In this document: piece after piece, positions 24,102 to 38,440 of the stretch
How positions within the stretch are numbered: position 1 is the stretch's first letter
Layout: each line of letters opens with the position of its first letter
Program-made: the position numbers and the translations under genes
The notes under the pieces: model-generated
Databases searched by the model: none
Seen by the model: only the letters and a program-made list of their open reading frames with translations
Told to the model about the DNA's origin: nothing
Source: Ranitomeya imitator
Lineage: Eukaryota
Direction of reading: 5' to 3'
DNA: 64,000 nt
NCBI RefSeq assembly: GCF_032444005.1
Contig: NC_091284.1
Location: 826,646,001 to 826,710,000 of the forward strand

Positions 24102-27100
24102 AGCAGCCAGTATCACACAGGACAGGATTAGATACACGGCTCAGCAGTCAGTATCACACAGGACAGGATTAGATACAGCGCAGCAGCCAGTATCACACAG
24201 GAGAGGATTAGATACACGGCTCAGCAGACAGTATCACACAGGACAGGATTAGATGCAGCGCATCAGACAGTATCACACAGGATAGGATTAGATACACGGC
24301 TCAGCAGACAGTATCACACAGGACAGGATTAGATACAGCGCAGCAGTCAGTATCACACATGATAGGATTAGATACACGGCTCAGCAGACAGTATTACACA
24401 GGAGAGGATTAGATACATGGCTCAGCAGACAGTATCACACAAGATAGGATTAGATACATGGCTCAGCAGACAGTATCACACAGGACAGGATTAGATACAG
24501 CTCAGCAGACAGTATCACACAGGACAGGATTAGATGCAGCGCATCAGACAGTATCACACAGGAGAGGATTAGATACAAGGCTCAGCAGACAGTATCACAC
24601 AGGATACGATTAGATACACGGCTCAGCAGACAGTATCACACAGGACAGGATTAGATACACGGCTCAGCAGACAGTATCACACAGGAGTGGATTAGATACA
24701 CGGCTCAGCAGACAGTATCACACAGGATAGGATCAGATACAGCGCAGCAGTCAGTATCACACATGATAGGATTAGATACAGCTCAGCAGACAGCATCACA
24801 CAGGATAGGATTAGATACATGGCTCAGCAGACAGTATCACACAAGATAGGATTAGATACACGGCTCAGCAGACAGTATCACACAGGACAGGATTAGATAC
24901 AGCTCAGCAGACAGTATCACACAGGACAGGATTAGATGCAGCGCATCAGACAGTATCACACAGGAGAGGATTAGATACAAGGCTCAGCAGACAGTATCAC
25001 ACAGGATACGATTAGATACACGGCTCAGCAGACAGTATCACACAGGACAGGATTAGATACACGGCTCAGCAGACAGTATCACACAGGAGTGGATTAGATA
25101 CACGGCTCAGCAGACAGTATCACACAGGATAGGATCAGATACACAGCTCAGCAGACAGTATCACACAGGAGAGGATTAGATACACAGCTCAGCAGACAGT
25201 ATCACACAGGAGGGGATTAGATACACGGCTCAGCAGACAGTATCACACAGGAGAGGATTAGATACACAGCTCAGCAGACAGTATCACAGGAGGGAATTAG
25301 ATACACGGCTCTGCAGACAGTATTACACAGGATAGGATTAGATACAGCTCATCAGACAGTATCACACAGGAGAGGATTAGATACACAGCTCAGCAGACAG
25401 TATCACACAGGAGGGGATTAGATACACGGCTCAGCAGACAGTATCACACAGGAGAGGATTAAATACACAGCTCAGCAGACAGTATCACACAGGAGGGGAT
25501 TAGATACACGGCTCAGCAGACAGTATCACACAGGAGAGGATTAGATACACAGCTCAGCAGACAGTATCACAGGAGGGAATTAGATACACGGCTCTGCAGA
25601 CAGTATTACACAGGAGAGGATTAGATACAGCTCATCAGACAGTATCACACAGGAGAGGATTAGATACACGGCTCAGCAGACAGTATCACACAGGATAGGA
25701 TTAGATACACGGCTCAGCAGACAGTATCACACAGGACAGGATTAGATACAGCGCAGCAGTCAGTATCACACATGATAGGATTAGATACACGGCTCAGCAG
25801 ACAGTATTACACAGGATAGGATTAGATACAGCTCAGCAGACAGCATCACACAGGATAGGATTAGATGCAGCGCATCAGACAGTATCACACAGGAGAGGAT
25901 TAGATACACGGCTCAACAGACAGTATCACACAAGACAGGATTAGATACACGGCTCAGAAGACAGTATCACACAGGACAGGATTAGATACAGCGCAGCAGT
26001 CAGCATCACACATGATAGGATTAGATACACGGCTCAGCAGACAGTATCACACAGGATAGGATTAGATGCAGCGCATCAGACAGTATCACACAGGAGAGGA
26101 TTAGATACACGGCTCAGCAGCCAGTATCACACAGGACAGGATTAGATACAGCTCAGCAGACAGTATCACACAGGACAGGATTAGATACAGCTCAGCAGAC
26201 AGTAACACACAGGACAGGATTAGATACAGCTCAGCAGACAGTATCACACAGGACAGGATTAGATACAGCTCAGCAGACAGTATCACACAGGACATGATTA
26301 GATACACAGCTCAGCAGTCAGTATCACACAGGATAGGATTAGATACACAACTGAGCAGACAGTATCACACAGGATAGGATTAGATACAGCTCAGCAGACA
26401 GTATCACACAGGACAGGAATAGATAAACGGCTCAGCAGCCAGTATCACACAGGACAGGATTAGATACAGCTCAGCAGACAGTATCACACAGGACAGGATT
26501 AGATACAGCTCAGCAGACAGTATCACACAGGAGAGGATTAGATACAGCTCAGCAGACAGTATTACACAGGATAGGATTAGATACAGCTCAGCAGACAGCA
26601 TCACACAGGATAGGATTAGATACATGGCTCAGCAGACAGTATCACACAAGATAGGATTAGATACACGGCTCAGCAGACAGTATCACACAGGACAGGATTA
26701 GATACAGCTCAGCAGACAGTATCACACAGGAGAGGATTAGATACAAGGCTCAGCAGACAGTATCACACAGGATACGATTAGATACACGGCTCAGCAGACA
26801 GTATCACACAGGACAGGATTAGATACACGGCTCAGCAGACAGTATCACACAGGATAGGATCAGATACACAGCTCAGCAGACAGTATCACACAGGAGAGGA
26901 TTAGATACACGACTCAGCAGACAGTATCACACAGGATAGGATCAGATACACAGCTCAGCAGACAGTATCACACAGGAGGGGATTAGATACACGGCTCAGC
27001 AGACAGTATCACACAGGAGAGGATTAGATACACAGCTCAGCAGACAGTATCACAGGAGGGAATTAGATACACGGCTCTGCAGACAGTATTACACAGGATA

Positions 27101-29893
27101 GGATTAGATACAGCTCATCAGACAGTATCACACAGGAGAGGATTAGATACACGGCTCAGCAGACAGTATCACACAGGATAGGATTAGATACACGGCTCTG
27201 CAGACAGTATTACACAGGATAGGATTAGATACAGCTCATCAGACAGTATCACACAGGAGAGGATTAGATACACGGCTCAGCAGACAGTATCACACAGGAC
27301 AGGATTAGATACAGCGCAGCAGTCAGTATCACACATGATAGGATTAGATACACGGCTCAGCAGACAGTATTACACAGGATAGGATTAGATACAGCTCAGC
27401 AGACAGCATCACACAGGATAGGATTAGATGCAGCGCATCAGACAGTATCACACAGGAGAGGATTAGATACACGGCTCAGCAGACAGTATCACACAAGACA
27501 GGATTAGATACACGGCTCAGCAGACAGTATCACACAGGACAGGATTAGATACAGCGCAGCAGTCAGCATCACACATGATAGGATTAGATACACGGCTCAG
27601 CAGACAGTATCACACAGGATAGGATTAGATGCAGCGCATCAGACAGTATCACACAGGAGAGGATTAGATACACGGCTCAGCAGCCAGTATCACACAGGAC
27701 AGGATTAGATACAGCTCAGCAGACAGTATCACACAGGACAGGATTAGATACAGCTCAGCAGACAGTAACACACAGGACAGGATTAGATACAGCTCAGCAG
27801 ACAGTATCACACAGGACAGGATTAGATACAGCTCAGCAGACAGTATCACACAGGACATGATTAGATACACAGCTCAGCAGTCAGTATCACACAGGATAGG
27901 ATTAGATACACAACTGAGCAGACAGTATCACACAGGATAGGATTAGATACAGCTCAGCAGACAGTATCACACAGGACAGGATTAGATACAGCTCAGCAGA
28001 CAGTATCACACAGGACAGGATTAGATACAGCTCAGCAGACAGTATCACACAGGACAGGATTAGATACAGCTCAGCAGACAGTATCACACAGGACAGGATT
28101 AGATACAGCTCAGCAGACAGTATCACACAGGACAGGATTAGATACACGGCTCAGCAACCATTATCACACAGGACAGGATTAGATACAGCTCAGCAGCCAG
28201 TATCACACAGGACAGGATTAGATACAGCGCAGCAGCCAGTATCACACAGGACAGGATTAGATACACAACTCAGCAGACAGTATCACACAGGACAGGATTA
28301 GATACAGCTCAGCAGACAGTATCACACAGGACAGGATTAGATACAGCTCAGCAGACAGTATCACACAGGACAGGATTAGATACAGCGCAGCAGCCAGTAT
28401 CACACAGGACAGGATTAGATACCGCACAGCAGCCAGTATCACACAGGAGAGGATTAGATACAGCGCAGCAGCCAGTATCACACAGGAGAGGATTAGATAC
28501 AGCGCAGCAGACAGTATCACACAGGAGAGGATTAGATACACAACTCAGCAGACAGTATCACACAGGAGAGGATTAGATACACAACTCAGCAGACAGTATC
28601 ACACAGGATAGGATTAGATATATGGCTCAGCAGTCAGTATCACACAGGAGAGGATTAGATACACAACTCAGCAGACAGTATCACACAGGACAGGATTAGA
28701 TACACAACTCAGCAGACAGTATCACACAGGATAGAATTAGATACAGTGCAGCAGTCAGTATCACACAGGATAGGATTAGATACAGTGCAGCAGTCAGTAT
28801 CACACAGGATAGGATTAGATACAGCGCAACAGCCAGTATCACACAGGATAGGATTAGATACACAGCTCAGCAGCCAGTAACACATAGGATAGGATTAGAT
28901 ACACAGCTCAGCAGACAGTATCAAACAGGATAGAATTAGATACAGCGCAGCAGCCAGTAACACACAGGATAGGATTAGATACAGCGCATCAGACAGTATC
29001 ACACAGGATAGGATTAGATACAGCGCATCAGACAGTATCACACAGGATAGGATTAGATACAGCACAGCAGTCAGTATCGCACAGGATAGGATTAGATACA
29101 CAGCTCAGCAGGCAGTATCACAGAGGATAGGATTAGATACATCATTACGGTAGACAGTATCACACAGGAGAGGATTAGATACACGGCTCAGCAGACAATA
29201 TCACACAGGATAGGATTGGATACACGGCTCAGCAGACAGTATCACACAGGAGAGGATTAGATACACGGCTCAGCAGACAGTATCACACAGGACAGGATTA
29301 GATACACGGCTCAGCAGTCAGTATCACACAGGAGAGGATTAGATACACGGCTCAGCAGACAGTATGACACAGGATGGGATTAGATACACAGCTCAGCAGA
29401 CAGTATCACACAGGATAGGATTAGATACTTGGCCCAGCAGACAGTATCACACAGGATAGGATTAGATACACAGCTCAGCAGACAGTATCACACAGGATAG
29501 GATTAGATACACGGCTCAGCAGACAGTATCACACAGGATAGGATTAGATACACGGCTCAGCAGACAGTATCACACAGGAGAGGATTAGATACACAGCTCA
29601 GCAGTCAGTATCACACAGGAGAGGATTAGGTACACGGCTCAGCAGACAGTATCACACAGGATAGGATTAGATACACAGCTCAGCAGTCAGTATCACACAG
29701 GAGAGGATTAGATACACGGCTCAGCAGACAGTATCACACAGGATAGGATTAGATACACGGCTCAGCAGACAGTATCACACAGGATGGGATTAGATACACG
29801 GCTCAGCAGACGGTATCACACAGGATGGGATTAGATACACGGCTCAGCAGTCAGTATCACACAGGAGAGGATTAGATACACGGCTCAGCAGAT
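24102..29893. repeat. Minisatellite, 39/41-bp unit (CTCAGCAGACAGTATCACACAGGACAGGATTAGATACACGG), ~5.8 kb, intergenic
   Basis: Periodicity read directly. Confidence 0.96.
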
Positions 29894-31449
29894 AATGTAC
29901 AGGGATGATGGTATTTTACTGTCAGACATTACAGGCCCCATCAGAGGTGGTCTCGGACCCCCGGGGGATGATGGGTGTGAGGATCGGGGCGCTGACGTCT
30001 TGTGTACTCTGGTGTGTCTGCGCACTGTGTCTGTAAGAAAACTTTTCCTATAAACAGTCCGGTCCCAGATGAGGTTTCAGGTTATTTCTGTTTTTTTATT
30101 TAACCCTCCAATAAACATTAGGAACTGACGAAGAGCCTTCATTCATCACGTCCCACCGTTTTGTGTATACAGCTGCTATATAGAACAATGTGTCTCCGTG
30201 AGATACTTTCATGTTCTAATGCCGTGACGAGGGATTGATGTTATTGGGGGGCAGGTGGTCTCTCTACCACCCTGGGATATTATTGGTGGGCACACGGTTT
30301 CCGATGGCTGCTTTCAGATATTGCATTGGAGGGCGGCAGATGGATGAGAGGAAGAGCAGAATCCGACTACACAGGGTTTGTTTGTAGTCTGTCACCATGG
30401 AGACACATAGGTCTGCATTAAAGCTGTATGCTCAAAACGAGGATCTGTTTTTCAAGGCCGCTTCTTTTCTAATGACTTGTGCGGCCTTGACATGGACATT
30501 CCCTGCAGTGGAGACCCTTACACTCCCCTTGAGCAGTGGTCTATGGAGCTGCTATTCATACAATTGCCCTACGTGACCAGATGAGATATCATTCGATGAA
30601 CAGGGTCACGACCGGTGAACTCACCTGCACCCGGAGGACCTGACAGAACGTGAAACCAGTCCGGACATGGCGGGCACACGCCTTCTATATGATCGAGCCG
30701 AAAAATCAGTATGTGAAAATACACAAACGAGCCCAAGAGTCAGTACAGAACAGTCTGTAAGTGGAAACAATCATCATTACCATTCACTGACAGCAAGCAG
30801 AGAGAAGTATTGAGAAAAAAAAAGAAAATCACAAAGGCCCCAATGGTGAGAAGGCAGCCTCGTCACATCCATCCCCGGAGCGTCCCTCTAAATTCTGCAT
30901 CTTCTGTGATAAACTATCCCGGCGATTTAATGAGACAGTAGAAGATATTTTAAAGGGGTCGTCCAGCAACGCAATAGACCCGTGGCTGATGCCAAAAAAT
31001 AGCTAAATCTTTGCACCTTATTCTCTATAGGTTTTGCGCCACTTTTTGTAGTCTTTATTTTTCCTCGACAGCTTTCCTAAGGCTGCAGTCACACGGTCAG
31101 TATTTGGTCAGTATTTTACATCAGTATTTCTCAGCCAAAACCAGGATGATAAATGCAGAAGTGGTACATATGTTTCTATTATACTTTTCCGTTCTTTGTT
31201 CCTTCCTGGTTTTGGCTACAAATACTGATGTAAAATACTGACCAAATACTGCTAGTGTGACGGCAGCCTTAGCCAGGTTGCACAGATCCATGAAATGTCA
31301 ATTTTATTTTTTGGGGGTGCCTCTTACTCCAGTCCCCTCCAGTATAGTGAGGTTTCTGGACGAATTTTCCAATTTAGTGCGTTTTTTTTTCAACTTAAAA
31401 AAAAAAAGGATTTTTGGTGCTGAAAAAGATGCAAAAACTGATTAAAATA

Positions 31450-33293
31450 TCTACTGTATAATCGCCTAATTCTGTCTGTTTGTAACGGAAATCCCGCGTC
31501 GCTGATTGGTCGCATCAGCCGCCCATGACCAATCAGCGATATTGGCGTGGAATTTAACCCCACACTCACAGTGCCACGTAGTTCAGTCACGTTTACTGAA
31601 CAAGTTCTGTCAGTCACAGTGCCACGTAGTTCAGTCACGTTTACTGAACAAGTTCTGTCAGTCACAGTGCCACGTAGTTCAGTCACGTTTACTGAACAAG
31701 TTCTGTCAGTCACAGTGCAACGTAGTTCAGTCCCGTTTACTGAACAAGTTCTGTCAGTCACAGTGCCACGTAGTTCAGTCACGTTTACTGAACAAGTTCT
31801 GTCAGTCACAGTGCCATGTAGTTCAGTCCCGTTTACTGAACAAGTTCTGTCAGTCACAGTGTGACATAGTTCACTCACGTTTACTGAACAAGTTCTGTCA
31901 GTCACAGTGTGACATAGTTCACTCACGTTTACTGAACAAGTTCTGTCAGTCACAATGTGACATAGTTCACTCACGTTTACTGAACAAGTTCTGTCAGTCA
32001 CAGTGTGACATAGTTCACTCACGTTTACTGAACAAGTTCTGTCAGTCACAGTGCCACGTAGTTCAGTCCCGTTTACTGAACAAGTTCTGTCAGTCACAGT
32101 GTGACATAGTTCACTCACGTTTACTGAACAAGTTCTGTCACAGTGCCACGTAGTTCAGTCACGCTTACTGATTAAGTTCTGTCAGTCACAGTGTCACATA
32201 GTTCACACACGTTTACTGAACAAGTTCTGTCAGTCACAGTGCCACGTAGGTCAGTCACGCTTACTGATTAAGTTCTGTCAGTCACAGTGTCACATAGTTC
32301 ACACACGTTTACTGAACAAGTTCTGTCAGTCACAGTGCCACGTAGTTCACTCACGTTTACTGAATAAGTTCTGTCAGTCACAGTGCCACGTAGGTCATTA
32401 AAGTTTTCTGAACAAGTTCTGTCGGTCACAGTGCCACGTAGTTTAGTCACGTTTACTGAATAAGTTCTGCCAGTCACAGTGCCACATAATCCACGCACGT
32501 TTACTGAACAAGTTCTGTCAGTCACAGTGCCACATAGTTCACTCACGTTTACTGATTAAGTTCTGTCAGTCACAGTGCCATGTAGTTCAGTCACGTTTAC
32601 TGAGCAAGTTCTGTCAGTCACAGTGCCACGTAGTTCAGTCAAGTTTACTGAACAAGTTCTGTCAGTCACAGCGCCATGTAGTTCAGTCCCGTTTACTGAA
32701 CAAGTTCTGTCAGTCACAGTGCCACATAGTTCACTCACGTTTACTGAACACGTTCTGTCAGTCACAGTGCCACATAGTTCAGTCAAATTTACTGAACAAG
32801 TTCTGTCAGTCACAGTGCCATGTAGTTCAGTCACGTTTACTGAACAAGTTCTGTCAGTCACAGTGCCACGTAGTTCAGTCACATTTACTGAACAAGTTCT
32901 GTCAGTCACAGTGCCACATAGTTCACTCACGTTTACTGAACACGTTCTGTGAGTCACAGTGCCACATAGTTCACGCACGTTTACTGAACAAGTTCTGTCA
33001 GTCACGGTGCCATGTAGTTCAGTCACGTTTACTGAACAAGTTCTGTCAGTCACAGTGCCACATAGTTCACGCATGTTTACTGAACAAGTTCTGTCAGTCA
33101 CAGTGCCACGTAGTTCAGTCATGTTTACTGAACAATTTCTGTCAGTCACAGTGCCACATAGTTCACTCACGTTTACTGAACAAGTTCTGTCAGTCACAGT
33201 GCAATATAGTTCACTCACGTTTACTTTGTAAGTAAACTACATACAGTACATCTTCTAGAATATCCGATGCGTTAGAATCGGGTCACCATCTAG
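31450..33293 (+). mobile_element. Non-autonomous Helitron, copy 1
   Basis: A|TC 5' end, CTAG|T 3' end, hairpin CCGAT...ATCGG (33264-33281) 8 nt before CTAG, no TSD; both ends shared with copy 2 at 57885-60718. Confidence 0.8.
31564..33225. repeat. Minisatellite, 48-bp unit (CAGTCACAGTGCCACGTAGTTCAGTCACGTTTACTGAACAAGTTCTGT) inside Helitron copy 1
   Basis: Periodicity read directly. Confidence 0.95.
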
Positions 33294-34721
33294 TGTAAAA
33301 TAAACAGCAATTTTTTTTACTTTGGTGCAAAAAAAAAGTCACAACAAAATGCATATGATAAATTGGTCACCAATTGTCTGAAGACACATATCGTCCAGGA
33401 GAGTATGAGGAGAATCCCCAGGAAATGGAGACAAAAAATGATCCTGGTGGAGGCACGTCAGCAGAACAATACTGAAGCCATCGAGGGTCAGTAAAGAAAG
33501 TGGCTAGTGGATATAGCAGACGGCCACGAGTCTCCTGTATGGGGTAAAATACGACATTACCCCAGATAAACACTGGCTCTGGAAGCTCCATTCATTGCGA
33601 ATAACGGTGCACTGTAATTTGGCGCCCGTGCACAGGCGACGATTGGGCAGAACGAATATCGGGACTCATAGGTGTCCTGACATTTATAAAGCTTTACGGA
33701 CTCCAGACGATTTTTTTTATTTATTTATTTTTTTTTACAAAAATGCCTTTAAAAAAAAAAGGGAAAAAAACCAAAACCCCTAATAGATGCACCGTGTATC
33801 CATCAGATATTGTCTCCTCGCTGCAGAGGACCCTCACATGAGAGTGATTATGATTAGTGGGGGCCACACGTGGGGGAGTCGGTGACTCAGCACATGAAAT
33901 AATGTCCGCCAGCTGGGGGGCACGACCAATCGGAAGCCTCCTTACAGGAGGTGTGTGCCCCCATCTTCGGGGCCCATTTACATTGGAGCCATAAATATCC
34001 AGATGAGTACAGGACAAGTAAACGCCATGTTGTTTCCGGTGTGACCCATCACTGCCATGATTGATTACCAGTGGGTGTTGAACTAGTGGCCGCCATTGGA
34101 GTGCATAGATGTAGCAAAGTTGAATTTGTCACTTGTGCTACATATATACATTGAGCTCACAATGGTCAGCGTCTATACTGTAGGTCTGTGCTGAAAGCCC
34201 CCCACAGCGGCATGCTGGGAGTTGTAGTTTTTACCACAGCCGGGGACCACAGCGATTGCGTTGGCCTAAAGCTGGCACTAATTAATCATGCGCGGGTTCC
34301 CCTTGTGGTGAGGCATGCTATTACCACAGCAATGGCGGCCATGCAGTAAACAATGGATTCGCATCCACAATTTTGGTGAAAATCGCTGTAAATACATAAT
34401 TACAGTACAGACCAAAAGTTTGGACACACCTCATTTAAAGATTTTTCTGTATTTTCATGACTATGAAAATTCTACATTCACACTGAAGGCATCAAAACTA
34501 TGAATTAACACATGTGGAATTATATACTTAACAAAAAAGTGTGAAACAACTGATATTATGTCTTATATTCTAGGTTCTTCAAAGTAGCCACCTTTTGCTT
34601 TGATGACTGCTTTGCACAATCTTGGCATTCTCTTGATGAGCTTCAAGAAGTAGTCACCGGGAATGGTTTTCACTTCACACGTGTGCCCTGTCAAGTTTAA
34701 TAAGTGGGATTTCTTGCCTTA

Positions 34722-35102
34722 GGGTATGTTTCCACGTGCAGGAAACGCTGCGTGTCTGACGCTGCATAGAGCTGCAGCGTCAGACACGCAGCGTCCAGAT
34801 GTTACAGCATAGTGGAGGGGGTTTAATGCAATCCCGTCTGCACTATGCATGGTAACACGCACGCGGCGGCCCTGCGACTCCGGACATGCTGCGCGTCTTT
34901 TCAGATCGCAGCATGTCAGTATATCTTGCGGCGACGCTGCGTCGCCACAAGATATAGCACAGGGCCCTATGCGATGGGTGCGATGATGCCGGATGTGTGC
35001 TGTGAACGCATCATCGCGTCCCAGAAGGGGGCGGGGCTTACCGCAGAGCGGCAAAGCCGCTCTGACGATACCGCCGGCCATCCTGAAAGTGGACACATAC
35101 CC
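34722..35102. mobile_element. PIF/Harbinger-type MITE (381 bp) nested in the Tc1
   Basis: TIR GGGTATGTTTCCACGTGCAGG vs reverse complement of right end GGGTATGTGTCCACTTTCAGG (18/21); TTA duplicated at 34719-34721 and 35103-35105. Confidence 0.88.
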
Positions 35103-35197
35103 TTATAAATTGGGTTAGGACCATCAGTTGTCTTGTGCAGAAGTCGGGTGGATACACAGCTGATAGTCCTACTGAATAGACTGTTAGAATTTGTATT

Positions 35198-35790
35198 ATG
35201 GCAGGAAAAAAGCAGCTAAGTAAAGAAAAACGAGTGGCCATCATTACTTTAAGAAATGAAGCTCAGTCAGTCAGAAAAATTGGGAAAACTTTGAAAGTGT
35301 CCCCAAGTGCAGTTGCAAAAACCATCAAGCGCTACAAAGAAACTGTCTCACATGAGGACCGCCCCAGGAAAGGAAGACCAAGAGTCACCTCTGCTTCTGA
35401 GGATAAGTTTATCCGAGTCACCAGCCTCAGAAATCGCAGGTTAACAGCAGCTCAGATTAGAGACCAGGTCAATGCCACACAGAGTTCTAGCAGCAGACAC
35501 ATCTCTACAACAACTGTTAAGAGGAGACTTTGTGCAGCAGGCCTTCATGGTAAAATAGCTGCTAGGAAACCACTGCTAAGGACAGGCAAGAAGCAGAAGA
35601 GACTTGTTTGGGCTAAAGAACACAAGGAATGGACATTAGACCAGTGGAAATCTGTGCTTTGGTCCGATGAGTCCAAATTTGAGATCTTTGGTTCCAACCA
35701 CCGTGTCTTTGTGCGACGCAGTAAAGGTGAACGGATGGACTCTACATGCCTGGTTCCCACCGTGAAGCATGGAGGATGAGGTGTGATGGT

Positions 35791-35821
<31 letters not shown>

Positions 35822-36266
35822 GAGGTGCTTTGCTGGTGACACTGTTGGGGATTTATTCAAAATTGAACCAGCATGGCTACCACAGCATCTTGCAGCGGCA
35901 TGCTATTCCATCCGGTTTGCGTATAGTTGGACCATCATTTATTTTTCAACAGGACAATGACCCCAAACCACCTCCAGGCTGTGTAAGGGCTACTTGACCA
36001 AGAAGGAGAGTGATGGGGTGCTACGCCAGATGACCTGGCCTCCACAGTCACCAGACCTGGACCCAATCGAGATGGTTTGGGGTGAGCTGGACCACAGAGT
36101 GAAGGCAAAAGGGCCAACGAGTGCGAAGCATCTCTGGGAACTCCTTCAAGATTGTTGGAAGACCATTCCCGGTGACTACCTCTTGAAGCTCATCAAGAGA
36201 ATGCCAAGAGTGTGCAAAGCAGTAATCAAAGCAAAAGGTGGCTACTTTGGAGAACCTAGAATATAA
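35198..36266 (+). pseudogene. Disrupted Tc1 transposase
   Basis: MAGKKQLSKEKR...WSDESKF...HGG then TGA at 35777-35779; (GT)n/poly-G expansion and frameshifts; QQDNDPK and WPPQSPDLDPIE lie in different frames. Confidence 0.93.
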
Positions 36267-36779
36267 GACATAATTTCAGTTGTTTCACACTTTTTTGTTA
36301 AGTATATAATTCCACATGTGTTAATTCATAGCTTTGATGCCTTCAGTGTGAATTTACAATTTTCATAGACATGAAAATACAGAAAAATCTTTAAATGAGA
36401 AGGTGTGTCCAAACTTTTGGTCTGTACTGTATATATCACCATTGTGGTGAAACTGAGGCAAAACAGCAGCATTTTGACACAATAAACTGCAATTTGACTA
36501 CATAACGTCAATATACCACTATAAAAAACATGTGGCAGCTTTTAATTTAGTTTTTTTTTCCCAGTCAGCTCCCATGGCACCAAAATGGCAGCTAATAACT
36601 GTATCCATGGTGTAAAACAACCATGTATGACGTGGTGTAATTTATGTGTTAATACTACACGATCCCTGCAGGGGACCGCGTGACTCTGCACTGACGCCAT
36701 ACTGGCGCAGCGGCCCGTTCACAGCACAATATTAGGGCCCTCACACGGCAACAAGTAGAGCACGGGAGAAGTCAAGCTC

Positions 36780-36899
36780 TTGCCCATAGCAACCAATCAC
36801 AACACTCCTTTCATTTTGAAAAGGGCTTCTCAGACATGAAACCTTGAATCTGATTGGTTGCCAAGTCAGCTTTATATGGAGTCTTGTTGCTAAGGGCAA
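36780..36899. mobile_element. Small palindromic MITE-like remnant
   Basis: TTGCCCATAGCAAC ... GTTGCTAAGGGCAA inverted pair. Confidence 0.4.
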
Positions 36900-37138
36900 A
36901 CCTTATACAGGAGAGTGGGAAATGTCACCAGACTGGAGTCCACCATATTCCCCCTGTCTCCGCTCTCACTGGTGACCGCCTGGCAGTGCCCATGTGGTAT
37001 TATAACGCCAGCCTGGCACCTATGTATTAATGGGTCAGAAAGACTGCTGTGAGGCAGCGGACCGGTCCGGGACATTGAGCGGGGGACTTCGGCTGATTTT
37101 GCAGTCTACCCTCTCCATTCAATAATGACCGGCCTTCT

Positions 37139-37330
37139 TAAAGGGGTTATCTTAAATTAGAAAAACATGGCTGTCGTCTTTTAAAAACAGCGCCACCCCA
37201 GTCCACAGGATGTCTGTGGAACTGCATTGACAATAATGCAGAGCTGCAGTACCATACACAACCTGTGCTGGGGGGTGGCGCTGTTTTTTCAAAGAGACCA
37301 TTGTTTTTTTTTAATCCTGTTCAACCTCCT
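37139..37330. mobile_element. T2/Kolobok-like palindromic MITE
   Basis: TTAA|AGGGGTT start; internal inverted arms AAAAACAGCGCCACCCC / GGGGTGGCGCTGTTTTT. Confidence 0.55.
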
Positions 37331-37550
37331 GAACTTTTACCGTCTCTCCAACCAATGGCTATTGGGAAACTACAACTCCCAGCATGCCCAGACAGTGACT
37401 GCTCGGAATCCATACATACATACAGTCAAAGACTTCTGGCCGCTCTTAGGAGCCGGGTTATTGGACATTTTGGATGATCCGACGCCCTGCTAGCCCCTCA
37501 CTGGACACCACCTATCTAATAAGATGCGACTTCGCTGTTACAGACACATT

Positions 37551-37556
37551 TTTATT
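37551..37556 (-). terminator. Candidate C2CD3 polyadenylation signal AATAAA (3'UTR ~37530-38159)
   Basis: Plus strand TTTATT ~600 nt past the stop; ATTAAA variant near 37570. Confidence 0.5.
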
Positions 37557-38159
37557 CCAAACTTGTGAAATTTAATAAATTAAGACATAATTTGTGGAGA
37601 AATAAATAATTTATCCATAGAAAATTCCATAAATAGTTATAATACAGGAATGTAAAATATATGTACAAGATGTGCTGAAGGGGGCGCCGGCGAGTGACGC
37701 CATGACGTACAATGCCGAGACCGGACAGACAGGCTCCTATGGTGGTTTTATATATACTTCAGAGCTGCATTCACTATCCTGCAGGCTTCAGAGCTGAAAT
37801 CGTCACTGCTTGCATGTTCAGTGTCCGGTGATTTGATTACTGGGAAGTGTCGACGACGTCACACCGGACACGGTGAAGAGACCCCCCTGCAATATAGGAG
37901 CTCAGATAAGCCGCTAGGTGTGGGGGGTGTCTGTCTTCAAGCATGCTGTTTCTAATAACAACCAGCAGAATTATGAATACAGCTCTGGAGTATAATAGAT
38001 TTTTTTTTTTTTACTCAGCCCTCCAAACAGCTTCACCCCTGGATCCAGATCACTTGCTAGTGGCAGCTCCTGAACTACATGTCCCAGCACACCTAACCAC
38101 TCAATGATCCAGAGGAGTGGAGACCCCGGGTATCCAGGAGGGGTCCAGAGATGTCACCC

Positions 38160-38306
38160 TCATTTCTTATCAGGAAACTGTGCTGCAAAAATCCTGGCGA
38201 TGCGATTCACCTCGGCCTCCGGGAGTTCGGCCCTTGTCATCCTGGGGACTGGGCGATGGCGACGTCGGAAGGGGATTCCTCTAGGGGCCTCAGTGATATC
38301 CTCATC
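38160..38306 (-). CDS. C2CD3: C2CD3 terminal coding exon (DEDITEAPRG...LPEAEVNRIARIFAAQFPDKK*)
   Basis: ctttccctttacag| acceptor, phase 0; resembles the human C-terminus LPEEETLRIARIFSSQ as recalled. Confidence 0.9.
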   Translation of the reverse strand, partial: DEDITEAPRGIPFRRRHRPVPRMTRAELPEAEVNRIARIFAAQFPDKK

Positions 38307-38440
38307 CTGTAAAGGGAAAGGTCAGCGGTCAGTGTGTACAGCACCCTACATCTCACCAAGGACCACCGCAGTACGGCAGAGGGAGAGACAACGAAAAGCG
38401 GAAGAAATGTCCGACAGTGTCACTATCCCACAACACGAAC

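Larger units (their letters stand above)
34403..36429 (+). mobile_element. Tc1/mariner (DD34E type) transposon with long (~200 bp) TIRs, defective
   Basis: TA|CAGTACAGACCAAAAGTTTGGACACACC ... GGTGTGTCCAAACTTTTGGTCTGTACTG|TA; TA target duplication; transposase remnants inside. Confidence 0.95.

Noticed and set aside
31390-33231. 16-aa repeat ORFs (VTDRTCSVNVSELCGT)
   Set aside because: A 48-bp unit is a multiple of 3 so frames stay open; inside a Helitron; no splice or start context
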